A DNA stretch of 64,000 nucleotides from an uncultured Verrucomicrobiae bacterium (GCA_963845665.1 CAWJTA010000002.1:611388-675387), one strand, 5' to 3'. Positions 9,059-18,781 are shown, counted from the stretch's first letter. Translations and numbers: made by a program. The notes: a model not told the origin generated them from the sequence alone.

Positions 9059-9505
9059 GTTATGAAAAAATTGCACGTATTCATCGTCGGGGTCATTGTT
9101 GAACTGTGCATCAACATTGCTGCCTACGGAGGTGATTTGACTCTTTTGAGCGACGGTCACCCGACAAAGCTTGCACATTTGATAGCCGAGGCCGACCACG
9201 TCGTGTTTACAAACAGGTTGGACGCTTTTGTAGAAAAGAAGCACCGAGGTTTCAGCCTTGCCATTTCTGGTGATAAGGCACACGAGGTTGTAAGAGCCAT
9301 ATCTTCTGCCAAACCTTGTGCTCCTTGTGATTGTATCTACACCTGGAACATGAAGTTTTATCGAACGACCAATCTTCTGGCAGAAGTTCAGTTTGGAGGT
9401 CATTTCATATTCGAGGGGCAGGAGTATTATGACGAGAGCGGAGTGCTGGAGCGGCTGGAAAGCGAGTTGAATAGCGAGTCGTTGAAGCAGAGGGAAAAAA
9501 GATGA
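9059..9505 (+). CDS. Hypothetical secreted/membrane-anchored protein
   Basis: The ATG at 9059 gives MKKLHVFIVGVIVELCINIAAYG, a signal-like N-terminus. 148 aa. Confidence 0.5.
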   Translation, partial: VMKKLHVFIVGVIVELCINIAAYGGDLTLLSDGHPTKLAHLIAEADHVVFTNRLDAFVEKKHRGFSLAISGDKAHEVVRAISSAKPCAPCDCIYTWNMKFYRTTNLLAEVQFGGHFIFEGQEYYDESGVLERLESELNSESLKQREKR

Positions 9506-9756
9506 GGGCACTGCCTAACGCATCCCATGCCGATTTTCCCCCGAACACCAAAGCGAAAATACAAGAGCATCGGGTGGTGGTTGATATTGCATCCAGACCT
9601 CCGTCTATTCGTTCATTATTATTTCATATCAGAATGTATCGAAATACGAGTCAAGGTGCACCATATCGAAATACGAATTGATGTATCGTTGACACGTCCA
9701 ATTCCAAACCGACCGTACGTTACTTTCATGTTGTCCACTCGAATGGGCCACTTGTT

Positions 9757-9960
9757 GCGCCACGCCCCCTCCGGTGATTTTCCCGCCACCCATCCGAATC
9801 AGCCCACCCAAACCACAGGAACGCAAAGCCAGACCCCCAAAACTCCCACCCCCGTCAGTCCAGTTCGGGCTGTTCTACTTTGTACTATTTTCTGTTCCGG
9901 TTCGACGGTGATATTGACCCCATGATCTTGTTCCTTGATTTTGGGGCGGTTGGGGAGCCG
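9757..9960 (+). repeat. Long-form intergenic element, copy 2 (full length, ends in the core motif)
   Basis: Runs GCGCCACGCCCC...CGCAAAGCCAGACCCCCAAAAC...GTCAGTCCAGTTCGGGCTGTTCTACTTT...TTCTGTTCCGGTTCGACGGTGATATTGACCCCATGATCTTGTTCCTTGATTTTGGGGCGGTTGGGGAGCCG. Confidence 0.75.
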
Positions 9961-9972
9961 TTTTGGAGTGAT

Positions 9973-10176
9973 ATGGACGACATGAATCAGTATCGTCGAG
10001 CTACGATTGCGGCACATGAAACAGTTAAACGTCTTCAGCAAGAGGGACATTCCGCGGAGGCGGCGAAGCGCATCGTCGCTGAAATTATAAATGCGGAGGA
10101 GTTTGCTCTGATGAAAAGACGACACTCCTTTGATGAGACGCGATTTATCGAGCGGTTGGATAAACTCCCAGATTGA
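9973..10176 (+). CDS. Small hypothetical protein
   Basis: The internal ATG at 9973 gives MDDMNQYRRATIAAHETVKRLQQEGHSAEAAKRIVAEIINAEEF... (67 aa). The upstream part of ORF 9880..10176 is the repeat element. Confidence 0.4.
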   Translation: MDDMNQYRRATIAAHETVKRLQQEGHSAEAAKRIVAEIINAEEFALMKRRHSFDETRFIERLDKLPD

Positions 10177-10188
10177 GATGAGCGGATT

Positions 10189-10350
10189 GCGCCATTCCCC
10201 ATTGGCCCCGTCTCTACCTTCAAATTCGTCCCAACCTACCCCAAAACCTCAGACGCAACGCCAGACGAAAAACCCCCCCAATTTCCTTCAGTCCGGTTCG
10301 GTTGTTCTACTTTCTGTTCTGGTACGATGGTGTTTTGACCCATTTTCCGA
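10189..10350 (+). repeat. Long-form intergenic element, copy 3 (lacks the terminal core motif)
   Basis: Runs GCGCCATTCCCCATTGGCCCCGTCTCTACCTTC...CCCCAAAACCTCAGACGCAACGCCAGACG...TTCAGTCCGGTTCGGTTGTTCTACTTTCTGTTCTGGTACGATGGTGTTTTGACCCAT. It starts 13 nt after the 10176 stop. Confidence 0.7.
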
Positions 10351-10383
10351 ACGACATGGCCAATCTGGATGGAAAACGGATTC

Positions 10384-10626
10384 TCAAAGTCTTTTCTTCG
10401 CAAACGCCCGTCCGGATGAGGTCTTCAAATAACGTTCAAAGTCAATCGCACGAGCCTTATCTGTAAATGCAATGGCGGTTTTGATTCGCCACGGGCGGCG
10501 TTTCGCAGAATGTGGAACCTCGCCGGCATTGTGGGCCTTTAAACGTTCTCGCAGGTCTTTAGTGATGCCGACGTAAAAATCCCCGCCGCTAATACTTTCG
10601 AGGATGTAAACGTAGAAGAAATTCAT
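10384..10626 (-). CDS. GIY-YIG nuclease family protein
   Basis: 80 aa, MNFFYVYILESISGGDFYVGITKDLRERLKAHN..., the canonical GIY-(x10)-YIG/YVG N-terminal motif. Confidence 0.85.
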   Translation of the reverse strand: MNFFYVYILESISGGDFYVGITKDLRERLKAHNAGEVPHSAKRRPWRIKTAIAFTDKARAIDFERYLKTSSGRAFAKKRL

Positions 10627-10740
10627 ACTGGCATGCCGAGTCGAAGCTCGGAGCGTCGTTGGTATTCAACCGTCTAAGCCCGCCTTCGCTTCGCTATGGC
10701 GCGGCAGCCTTCGCTCTCCGCTAACGCTCCGAGCGAAGAC

Positions 10741-10817
<77 letters not shown>

Positions 10818-10937
10818 AATTGCGTCATAGAATAGCCGCGCTTTTCCCCGAACACAATTGAAATCCCCAACGGAGAGAGCGGGCTACGACTCGGCAGGTG
10901 GTCATGAGTATCCCGGGCCGCAAGTCCGAATTGGAGT

Positions 10938-11687
10938 TTATTTATGGGAATCAGAATCGGTGATGGGTTCGCGCTTAAACTTGTCCACTATGATTCGTAA
11001 TTTGCCGTCCGCTTCCCGTTCGAGTTTATAAGTGCCGGTGACTTTTCCGACTGGATGATTTGTCCTGTTTTCGTATTTCCAAATAATGAATTCAAAAAAG
11101 AGGCCGTCATCGGTTAACGTGCTCGATTCGTCTTTCCAAATGCACTCGTCTTTGCCGAATTTGTACGATTCCCACGCCGGAATAAATTCAACCTCCTCAA
11201 GTTTCAGGTCCTGCGCGAATTCTTTTCCGCTGCTCGTTGTGAAAATATGTTCTTGAGTCAAAGCGCCTGACCCGTAAAAAAGTTCTGTGATCTGGATGAG
11301 TTGCTCCTTGTCCTGGCCATTCGGCGCAAACCAAATGACATTTGGCTTGAGGTAACACGACAAACCGTCCGTAGTAATCCGCTTAAGAAGTTTGAGCTTG
11401 TTGCCAATTTTGACATAAATGGCCGCAGAAGATTCGGGGTCATAGTCCGGGTGACGCAGGGAGCTTATTCTTTCATGTACAGTCAGAAATAACTTACCTT
11501 CGTTCCATGTTCGTTCGGTCAGCGCATATTCTAATTGCCACGGACGCGCTGAATCGTCGCTGTTCAAACAAACCGCCTCCCGATTGTTGAATATTTCCTC
11601 TCCAGCGTGTTTGCTCAACGTGGTGGAGCACCCAAACAAACCGCCGCACAAAACAAACGCGAGGCAGACGATGAATTTGGGTTTCAC
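10938..11687 (-). CDS. Hypothetical lipoprotein
   Basis: 249 aa with the lipobox signal MKPKFIVCLAFVLCGGLFGCST. Confidence 0.6.
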   Translation of the reverse strand: MKPKFIVCLAFVLCGGLFGCSTTLSKHAGEEIFNNREAVCLNSDDSARPWQLEYALTERTWNEGKLFLTVHERISSLRHPDYDPESSAAIYVKIGNKLKLLKRITTDGLSCYLKPNVIWFAPNGQDKEQLIQITELFYGSGALTQEHIFTTSSGKEFAQDLKLEEVEFIPAWESYKFGKDECIWKDESSTLTDDGLFFEFIIWKYENRTNHPVGKVTGTYKLEREADGKLRIIVDKFKREPITDSDSHK

Positions 11688-11817
11688 AAGAGTTAAATCG
11701 GCTGGTTCTCACTTCCGATCCGCGCTCTTATATCTCATGGCTCAATCAGGATTCCAGGGGCGGCGGACGCAGGCCTCAGAGTGTCAGGTGGCAAGGTATT
11801 CATCAAACGGGAGCGCA

Positions 11818-13080
11818 TCAAACTGGCGCCGCATCCAGATTGCCCAATTTTCGTGCATACCGACCGTAGACCAATTCAAAAAGAGGCGTCGCCATCAGAG
11901 TGGTTACGACCGCCATTAATACCATAATTGAGAACAGAGGAAATCCAATGACTCCCTTTTGAAGACCGATATTGATGATGATGAGTTCCATCAGTCCTCG
12001 TGAATTCATCAATGTGCCCACCGCCAGCGCCGTGCGATTATCTTCTCCATTCAGTCGGGCAGCCGCCCAACAGGCGCCGCCCTTGCCAAGGCAGGCCGCC
12101 GCAATGACTGCAACCGCAATCAATATCAACTGCGAGCTATTCACCATGTCCAACCGTGTGTTCAACCCTGAAAACGTGAAGAACATGGGCAATAAAAATA
12201 CCACGGCAAACGGCTCAAGCTGCCGCTGCAGTTCCCGCGTAAAAAGACCACGTGGCATGGCTACGCCCAACAGGAAGCCGCCAAAAACTGCATGGAGGCC
12301 GATGCCATCCGTAATCCACGCGGCCAACACAAAAAGCATCAGCGTGACGGCCAAACCCGATCCGGTCAATTTACCTGAACGTTCCGTCGCCTTGCCAAGA
12401 TGTACGAGTAATTTACGGCCCAAAGTCAAAACAACCACTCCATAAAGAATTCCACCGCCAATCGCTTTGACCGGCAGCATCTCGCCCCCTCCGAAACCGG
12501 CCAGCACCAAAGCGAGGACGCACCATGCGCAGGCATCGTTCATGGCGCCGGAGGCCAGCGCAAGCGCCGCCAATGGCGTGCCTGTAAGCCCTCGTTCGTA
12601 AATGATTCGGGCCAACATGGGGAATGCCGTGATAGACATGCACGCTCCCATAAACAGCATCGCTTCAGTCAGTGTTGCCTTTTCCGAAAAGAGACCGGGA
12701 ACGTTGATTAACCAAAAGGTTAAGGCAATACCCAGAGCAAAAGGGGCAATCATACCCGCAATGGAAACCGACGCGGCACTGCGTATCTTTTGTTGAAATA
12801 ATCCCACGTCGAATTCCGCTCCGACGAGAAACATGTAAAGTCCGACACCACATTGCGCGCACACGTAAAGGAGCTTCAGGGACTCCGGGGGAAAAAGCCA
12901 TGCTTCCGCATTGGGAAAAAATAAACCCAACAAAGAAGGCCCCATCAGCACACCGGCAATCATTTCTCCCACCACCTGCGGCTGGCCAAGTTTTCCGGCA
13001 AGCCAGCCAACGAGGCGACAAACCGCCAGGATAAAAAACATCTGGAAAAAGAAATGAACTGAAAGTTGCGGGCCGGTCAT
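11818..13080 (-). CDS. Cation:proton antiporter (CPA2, Kef/NapA-type)
   Basis: 420 aa and polytopic. The N-terminal signature is ..LGQPQVVGEMIAGVLMGPSLLG... Confidence 0.85.
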   Translation of the reverse strand: MTGPQLSVHFFFQMFFILAVCRLVGWLAGKLGQPQVVGEMIAGVLMGPSLLGLFFPNAEAWLFPPESLKLLYVCAQCGVGLYMFLVGAEFDVGLFQQKIRSAASVSIAGMIAPFALGIALTFWLINVPGLFSEKATLTEAMLFMGACMSITAFPMLARIIYERGLTGTPLAALALASGAMNDACAWCVLALVLAGFGGGEMLPVKAIGGGILYGVVVLTLGRKLLVHLGKATERSGKLTGSGLAVTLMLFVLAAWITDGIGLHAVFGGFLLGVAMPRGLFTRELQRQLEPFAVVFLLPMFFTFSGLNTRLDMVNSSQLILIAVAVIAAACLGKGGACWAAARLNGEDNRTALAVGTLMNSRGLMELIIINIGLQKGVIGFPLFSIMVLMAVVTTLMATPLFELVYGRYARKLGNLDAAPV

Positions 13081-13117
13081 ATAGCTGCAAATGGTTGGAG
13101 AAGTGTCGTTATCGTGG

Positions 13118-14380
13118 TCAATATATCCTCATGGTACGGTGATCTTCCTTGCCTGCGCTCCAGTTGACGAACTGGCGCATGATCTCAATGTGGAATGGCG
13201 AATTGGAAACGGCGCCGGTGAAGATGCGTCCGAAGTTGTTTTCGAAATAGGGCGCTATCATGAAAAACTTGGGGTATTTCATCTTGAGCCTTTCGCCTAC
13301 GACCGCGGCATTGAACAGCCGCCCATCATAGAAACTATCCACGATGCCATGCCAAATCTTAAGATGGCGCGTGACTTCATGCTGGTAACGTTGGAAGGCG
13401 CGCGGGGAACCTTTTTGGATGGTTTCGGCCAGCAGCATCGCCCCTTGCAAACCGATGAGCAGCCCGCTGGAAAACACCGGGTCAATGAAACCGGCCGTGT
13501 CACCGACGAGCACCCAACCATCGCCGATGATGCGTTCGGAGACCAGTTGGTAATTGGCGTGCTCCATTACGGGCGTTAGACGCTTTGCGCCTCCGGTCAC
13601 TTTGGCGAGGACAGAATCCTGTAACAGCAGATTATCATAGCGTTCCTCCTTCGTTGCGCCAAATCGAGGCAAATGTTCCGAAGGAATAACGATGCCGACC
13701 GACACTCTCCCGGGTAATGGAATCCGCCAGCTCCAACCGTGGTCAATCCGCGTGCTGTGGACGTGGCCCTTGAAATCAAGGTAGGTTTGGTCAACGTGAG
13801 CGAACAGGGCGGTGTCTTTGCGCCCGCCTTCAAGCCCGGCGATGCCAAGCAGTTTCGGCAAATATCGCAACCGGCCGGAGGCATCCACAATCAAATCCGG
13901 CTGGCCGGAGAAATAATTTCCCACGGCCGCGAGCGATTCGTCGCTCAATTTGACTTTGTCCGTACCGGGAACCTTTTCAACTTTGGCAGCCGACTCGACG
14001 ATTCTCACGCCGGCTTTGCGTGCCGCATTGAGTAGCGTGGCGTCGAAACGGTCACGCGGGACGTTGTAGGCATACCGAGGCAGGCCGTTGTCGATTTGGC
14101 CAAAGTGAAAATGAAAATCCTGATTCGGCCCCATGTTGACCGTGGCACCGGGCTTGAGTTCGCTATAGCCGCGCACTTCGTCTTCCACGCCAAGTATTTG
14201 CAGGATAGGAACAATGGCAGGCACAGTAGATTCGCCAACGATGAGCGTCGCCTGTTGAGTTGACTGTTTTGGCACATAGAAAATGACGGAACGGATGTCT
14301 TTGCGCTGGAGAAGTATGGCCAGTGTGCAGGCGACCGGCCCGCCACCGAGAATGGCAACGGTTTTGATTTTGCTGTTCAT
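13118..14380 (-). CDS. FAD-dependent oxidoreductase, flavin-dependent halogenase-like
   Basis: Start at MNSKIKTVAILGGGPVACTLA (GxGxxG). It has a WxWxIP-like motif (GWSWRIPLPG) and an FxxPxxSxG motif (GFIDPVFSSGLL). The ORF extends to an alternative start at 14428. Confidence 0.75.
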   Translation of the reverse strand: MNSKIKTVAILGGGPVACTLAILLQRKDIRSVIFYVPKQSTQQATLIVGESTVPAIVPILQILGVEDEVRGYSELKPGATVNMGPNQDFHFHFGQIDNGLPRYAYNVPRDRFDATLLNAARKAGVRIVESAAKVEKVPGTDKVKLSDESLAAVGNYFSGQPDLIVDASGRLRYLPKLLGIAGLEGGRKDTALFAHVDQTYLDFKGHVHSTRIDHGWSWRIPLPGRVSVGIVIPSEHLPRFGATKEERYDNLLLQDSVLAKVTGGAKRLTPVMEHANYQLVSERIIGDGWVLVGDTAGFIDPVFSSGLLIGLQGAMLLAETIQKGSPRAFQRYQHEVTRHLKIWHGIVDSFYDGRLFNAAVVGERLKMKYPKFFMIAPYFENNFGRIFTGAVSNSPFHIEIMRQFVNWSAGKEDHRTMRIY

Positions 14381-14500
14381 ATCATTGCGGTTGAATTCAG
14401 GTACAATTCCAGGCGTATGAGAACACACGCGTGTGACGCTGGTGCGGGAATGAGTTTCATACGGCCTTTAATACAAACTACTCGTTCGTATGTTTCAAAA

Positions 14501-14543
14501 CTGCGCCCCAAACATCCCAAAATCAAGGAGTAAAATTAATGGG
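14501..14543 (-). repeat. Upstream element copy (sense strand is -)
   Basis: The minus strand reads CCCATTAATTTTACTCCTTGATTTTGGGATGTTTGGGGCGCAG. It points toward the 14428/14380 start. Confidence 0.65.
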
Positions 14544-14608
14544 TTGGATAACCGTATCCTTCACGATCTTCACGCGACCCCTTTTTACGAAGACGCGGTC
14601 ATTCACGG

Positions 14609-15682
14609 TCACGCCGCCAATTTATTCGTCTGCTTTTCGCGATTGGCGCCGGCACCGTCATCCGCAGTCTGTATTGCGAACGGAACGGCGTCAAAGAGGG
14701 TGATGGGAACGGCCGTTTGCAGAGAAGTCATCAAACGCGCCTGCAATGCAGGGAAATAGTTGTATTGATGCAAGACAGGCACAAGAACGCCATCGTCATT
14801 GAGCACCCCCTGCGCGTCCATTTTTAAGTCCGCTTCCTTCATCACTGCCATTGTCAAAACCGGTCCGCGCCTGTTTTCGTGAACTGTGATGTTGCTCATT
14901 AACTTTTGGATGAGAATGTAATTGTGAACGACCTGGTCGCCGCACGCCAATTTACCGTATTCAAGTGTCTGCATGGTTGTCGTCACCATCAATTCGAGGT
15001 ATTGGCGCATTCCGGCCATGTCGCCAAAGGTCGTTCCCGCGCAGGCAGGGACTCTTTGGGCATGGGATTCGATGACCGACGGGCCAAACAGGCGGCTGAT
15101 CCATTCCCGGTGAACCGGGTCATCACCCATCCGATGGTGGGCCTCTTCCAAACAGAAATGTACGCCGGCCGTCCAGTTCCAGGCAAAAGGGTCGGCCTGG
15201 AAAAAGACGTCCTTGCAGTCTGCCAGCAGGATACGGTCGAAATCCGCCGCGCGTTTTTCCAGGAACTCTAAATACAGGATGTGTCTGCGGTAATTCAAAT
15301 GAAAGACGGCATGTGCCAGCCGCATTTTGGCAAAGCGCGGCGCGGCGCTTGAAAAGAACCAACGCCACAGCGGCCAGGGGCGGGAAAGTGGCTGCCGGCT
15401 TCCCCGTCCGGAAAAGCGGAAGGGAACAACGATCACTCCGCGGACCCGCAACTGTTCAATGGTTTCCTTGTCCACGTTGCTTGTGAATACGACTGTGGAA
15501 CCGCGAAAGCGGGACTTTTTCAAGGAAAAAAGAAAAGCGGCAATATAGTTGAAGTCACCGCCATGCATAAGCGTCATCACAAGGTCACGGCTGGTGGAAG
15601 ATTGAAGGGTAGCGGCTTTAGATGGTTGCATATTTCCTTTCATGACAGGAAGGCCGGAAAAGCGATCGCAGGACAGCGCCAA
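14609..15682 (-). CDS. Hypothetical protein (possible nucleotide-sugar transferase-like fold)
   Basis: 357-aa ORF with a TTG start at 15682 and an alternative ATG at 15643. An ..ILLADCKDVFFQADPF.. stretch resembles a DxD-type region, but the function is not established. Confidence 0.5.
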   Translation of the reverse strand: MALSCDRFSGLPVMKGNMQPSKAATLQSSTSRDLVMTLMHGGDFNYIAAFLFSLKKSRFRGSTVVFTSNVDKETIEQLRVRGVIVVPFRFSGRGSRQPLSRPWPLWRWFFSSAAPRFAKMRLAHAVFHLNYRRHILYLEFLEKRAADFDRILLADCKDVFFQADPFAWNWTAGVHFCLEEAHHRMGDDPVHREWISRLFGPSVIESHAQRVPACAGTTFGDMAGMRQYLELMVTTTMQTLEYGKLACGDQVVHNYILIQKLMSNITVHENRRGPVLTMAVMKEADLKMDAQGVLNDDGVLVPVLHQYNYFPALQARLMTSLQTAVPITLFDAVPFAIQTADDGAGANREKQTNKLAA

Positions 15683-15940
15683 CCGAGGCGTGAGAAGTAT
15701 TAGTAGAAAACGGCCGGCGCGCCCGAGATTGAGCGCACTGTTTCTTTAGCCAACGCTTCTGCCCGCCCTCCATAATAATAATTCTTAATCCCCAAGGTTA
15801 GAGTCAGCGTCAAAGCTCGCCCCCTTTTTTCCTTTGTCAAGCGCCAGTCAGAAGAAATCGCAGCAAGACGATGAGCATGGCTTTGAGCAATTTGTCTTCC
15901 ACAAGCTCCGGTCGGTCTTCGACACAGCAGCGTCGGATGC

Positions 15941-16075
15941 GGTTCATGGAAAGCCCCCTTTCGATTTTTTCGCATGCATTGGGACCATGAATCAATGCAA
16001 TCGCTCGTCGTTACCAATCATCGGCGTACAATTCTCCCTCTCCGAGCGGGAGAGGGCCGGGGTGAGGGAGAGTCT
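15941..16075. repeat. Mosaic REP-like repeat block
   Basis: Runs GGTTCATGGAAAG...CCATGAATCAATGCAATCGCTCGTCGTTACC..ATCGGCGTACAATTCTCCCTCTCCGAGCGGGAGAGGGCCGGGGTGAGGGAG. It is homologous to blocks at 25120-25200, 38650-38790, 40893-40990, 41820-41960 and 50095-50240. Confidence 0.85.
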
Positions 16076-16180
16076 TTGAGATTGGAACGTTCTATCGGTT
16101 CATAGAAAGAACTTTTGAAGCTAAACCAAGAGATGAGAGGTCGGCAAATTTCTTACTCGTCCCCTGGAGAGGTGGAATTT

Positions 16181-16711
16181 TCACGCCTCATTTCGAACGA
16201 TTTCTTCCCCGCGACTCTCGGGGCGGGTAAAAAACATCTGGCGTAATCCATTTTTGCCCAGATGGCGGCGCACGACGGAGAGAATGTTAAAACCCAGGAG
16301 CGCCCAACCCAAACAAATCGTGTTGGCCAATACACGCGAATATTCCGGGTGCTCGTATATCCGGACCAGAGCGCGGGCAAAGCTCCCGTATTCATGCCGC
16401 GCTTCAAACGCTTTTTCAATCGTAAGGACCACCAACACTCCCAGGGCGTACAAAAGGGTGCGTAGAAGAACTGGCACAATCGCCGGTTGATTCGGGACCC
16501 ATGCCTCCACTGGGATATACTCCATCAAGAGGACGACCTTGGCCAGGAGTATGGTCCCAATCAATGCCAGGGCCAGCGCACTGAAATGGATCCCGTATTG
16601 AGCGAGCATAAGCTTCTTCACAAGGAGTATCGAGCCAATCCACATGGCAAAATAGAGCGTGATTATCCCCAACCACTTTAACTCGTGAACCAATTTTTCC
16701 TTAATGCTCAT
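16181..16711 (-). CDS. Hypothetical integral membrane protein
   Basis: The ATG at 16711 gives MSIKEKLVHELKWLGIITLYFAMWIGSILLV.... There are about 5 hydrophobic segments. Confidence 0.6.
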   Translation of the reverse strand: MSIKEKLVHELKWLGIITLYFAMWIGSILLVKKLMLAQYGIHFSALALALIGTILLAKVVLLMEYIPVEAWVPNQPAIVPVLLRTLLYALGVLVVLTIEKAFEARHEYGSFARALVRIYEHPEYSRVLANTICLGWALLGFNILSVVRRHLGKNGLRQMFFTRPESRGEEIVRNEA

Positions 16712-16751
16712 CACCGTGCCTTTCAACCTCCTGCACAAATATCCACTCGAA

Positions 16752-16790
16752 CCTGCTTCCCAACCGCCCCAAAATCAAGGAACAAAATAA
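16752..16790 (-). repeat. Upstream element copy (near-consensus)
   Basis: The minus strand reads TTATTTTGTTCCTTGATTTTGGGGCGGTTGGGAAGCAGG. It ends about 40 nt before the 16711 start. Confidence 0.75.
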
Positions 16791-16868
16791 TCGCTTTAGT
16801 CGTCGGCAAACCAGGACAGAAAATGCTTGCGCCTGTTCAGGCGGCAGGCGAGTTTTCCACTATCAGGC

Positions 16869-17792
16869 ATGTCCAAATTCACTAAATCGCGTGGAAGTCG
16901 CCGTTTGGAAAAAAATGCTTACACCCTCATCGAACTGTTGATGGGCATATTCATAGTTTCATTGGCCACAGTGGCTTATGCGGCAGTTCGTGCGAAACAG
17001 GGTCCGGTATGGGCAGCGTTGGCAGGCGCGCTGGGACTGCTTTTTGGCATAATGATGGTTGGCCTTTTTTATCGCTGGTCCTGGCGCCGGGACAGGCGGC
17101 AACTCACTGAACTGCGTGAAAAATATCGCACTATCTATCAGATAAAGGAATTGCCCGCCAACGGCAGGAGCATTGTCAAACCGGACAAAGCGGAAATCCA
17201 AATCGGCGATTATGGCTGGGAGGCCCGCCCGGGCTGCCGGGATGGCTTGATTCATTTACAGGGGCTGACGCAGCAGTGGCAAGTGGTTTGGCACGCCGGA
17301 TTTCGCGCGGAACAAATCGAAAAAATAGCTGAGAAGCCGGCCTCGCAATATGATTACTGGAAGCCATATTGGGCAAAAACGCCGCCACCACCGCCATGCC
17401 CATTCCCGGTTCGGGAACGGAGCACGCCTACTATGGGACTGCCGTATCGTTCCGGCCGTTATTTTAAAGACTATCCCTCCCAATACTATGCATCACCGCT
17501 CGAACCCGGATCCCAAAAGGCGCGCGCGATGCGTATCGCCCGATTCACGGCTCGGAATAAAGCGATCAGTCGCCACTCATTTATCTGGACGGTCCTCTTC
17601 ATCGGGCTGGCACTGGGCTCGTCGCGCCTGTGCTTCGTCATGGACCACACAAAACCCGCACTGTGGATTCAGGTTTTAACCGGTTGCGGCATTTTTATCG
17701 CCTTTGTCATTTATTTTGTTGTTCGTATCAGAATGGCGAAGCGATTCGCGAAAGAGTTTGATGCCAATTTCCGGTTTGTAGAAACCAAATAA
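16869..17792 (+). CDS. Hypothetical membrane protein with degenerate prepilin-type N-terminal segment
   Basis: MSKFTKSRGSRRLEKNAYTLIELLMGIFIVSLATV resembles the type IV pilin N-terminal methylation motif (xTLIELLxxIxI), but has NA in place of the usual Gly. There are additional TM segments at the C-terminus. Confidence 0.55.
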   Translation: MSKFTKSRGSRRLEKNAYTLIELLMGIFIVSLATVAYAAVRAKQGPVWAALAGALGLLFGIMMVGLFYRWSWRRDRRQLTELREKYRTIYQIKELPANGRSIVKPDKAEIQIGDYGWEARPGCRDGLIHLQGLTQQWQVVWHAGFRAEQIEKIAEKPASQYDYWKPYWAKTPPPPPCPFPVRERSTPTMGLPYRSGRYFKDYPSQYYASPLEPGSQKARAMRIARFTARNKAISRHSFIWTVLFIGLALGSSRLCFVMDHTKPALWIQVLTGCGIFIAFVIYFVVRIRMAKRFAKEFDANFRFVETK

Positions 17793-17866
17793 TCGCCGGC
17801 GCAGGATCGGAAGATGACAAGATATTCATTTGTCGGACACTCATCCGTTCGACTATTTTCCACCAC

Positions 17867-18781
17867 TTGAAAATTGGAAAAGCCTGGTTTGCCAAACTCA
17901 TTTTAACGCTAATTTCGGTTGGTTCGATTCATTCCATCGCTATCGCTGACGACGATGAAGCAACGGTCACAAATTCCTGGACTCGGGAAAACGCCCGCTT
18001 CGGACCTTTCGGTTTCCTCGACCATCGAAGCGTCTATTTCAAAGACAGTTTCCCACAGCCTCTGCTCGTGGATGATACGAGCATTGAAGAGGAACCCGAA
18101 GCTGAATTGAATTATCTGCACACGTCGGGGCCGGACCAAAGGCGGAGTGATATCCTTAGCGCGGAAGGTCAACAAAGTTTTGGTGTGGTCACTTTCGAAT
18201 TGTCTGTCCCGTATGAATGGCATTCGGACTCGGACGACTCGGCGAAAGGCGTCGGCAATATCGAAGCAGGCGCACGCACTCCAATTTATCAGTATGTGTC
18301 AGAAAATGGAGCGTTCGATAATACGTTGGGGGTTGGGCTGGACGTGGGCATTCCCGTCAACTCGGCAGTCAGTAAAAACACTGAATTGGAGCCTGCCGTC
18401 TTTAATGACGTGGCGCTGGACACCTATTTCACCATTCAAAGTATATTTGGTTTCGATAAGACTTTTGGCGGCGGGGACGACGGCGGTTCGGAAGATTTTG
18501 AATATGGTTTGGCTTTTGCCGTCACCATTCCTGACGTCGAACGGGCAATACCGGGCATCCAAACATTTTCGCCCATGTTTGAAGTCACTGGTGAACTTGG
18601 ACTAAACGAGGATGAAGCCGGACAAAATAGCGTGCTCGGCAGCGCCGGCTTTCGTATGGATTTTCGGTCCATTGGAGAATTGGAGCCAAGCCTCGGCCTC
18701 GGCTATGTATTTCCCATGAGCAGCATCGCGCGAAAAGACGTCCATTGGGGCATCGTCACAAGCTTTACGGTTGAGTTTTAA
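17867..18781 (+). CDS. Putative outer-membrane beta-barrel protein
   Basis: 304 aa with a signal-like N-terminus, alternating hydrophobic beta-strand-like pattern and a C-terminal ...SFTVEF ending in Phe, typical of OMPs. Confidence 0.55.
   Translation: MKIGKAWFAKLILTLISVGSIHSIAIADDDEATVTNSWTRENARFGPFGFLDHRSVYFKDSFPQPLLVDDTSIEEEPEAELNYLHTSGPDQRRSDILSAEGQQSFGVVTFELSVPYEWHSDSDDSAKGVGNIEAGARTPIYQYVSENGAFDNTLGVGLDVGIPVNSAVSKNTELEPAVFNDVALDTYFTIQSIFGFDKTFGGGDDGGSEDFEYGLAFAVTIPDVERAIPGIQTFSPMFEVTGELGLNEDEAGQNSVLGSAGFRMDFRSIGELEPSLGLGYVFPMSSIARKDVHWGIVTSFTVEF

Noticed and set aside
9527-9925. The 132-aa ORF 9527..9925(+) and the similar ORFs 8851..9102(+) and 10130..10432(+) spanning the long-form elements.
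   Set aside because: They are Pro/Thr/Gln-rich read-throughs of the repeated non-coding element. The three copies differ by non-triplet indels, so no common protein is encoded.
9927-9960. Reading the core motif as a sigma54 (-24 GG / -12 GC) promoter.
   Set aside because: GG-N10-GC spacing can be forced in copies such as 9927 and 16752 (GGGGCGGTTGGGAAGCA). However, the copy with the best TGGCACG (19271-19314) has the GC two nt out of register, and copies 21694 and 26074 lack the GG. The implied leaders would also be only a few nt long. This is not supported.
8871-10350. Reading the repeated intergenic elements as integron attC sites, which would make the region a CALIN or integron cassette array.
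   Set aside because: No intI gene, attI or Pc is in the window. The element ends in GTTGGGG/GTTGGGA, which does not fit the GTTRRRY core. I could find only a weak 6-9 bp CCCCAAAAC/GATTTTGGGG pairing rather than the R''-L''/L'-R' imperfect palindrome. The short-form copies are dispersed singly. I keep the looser label 'cassette-like' as a hypothesis.
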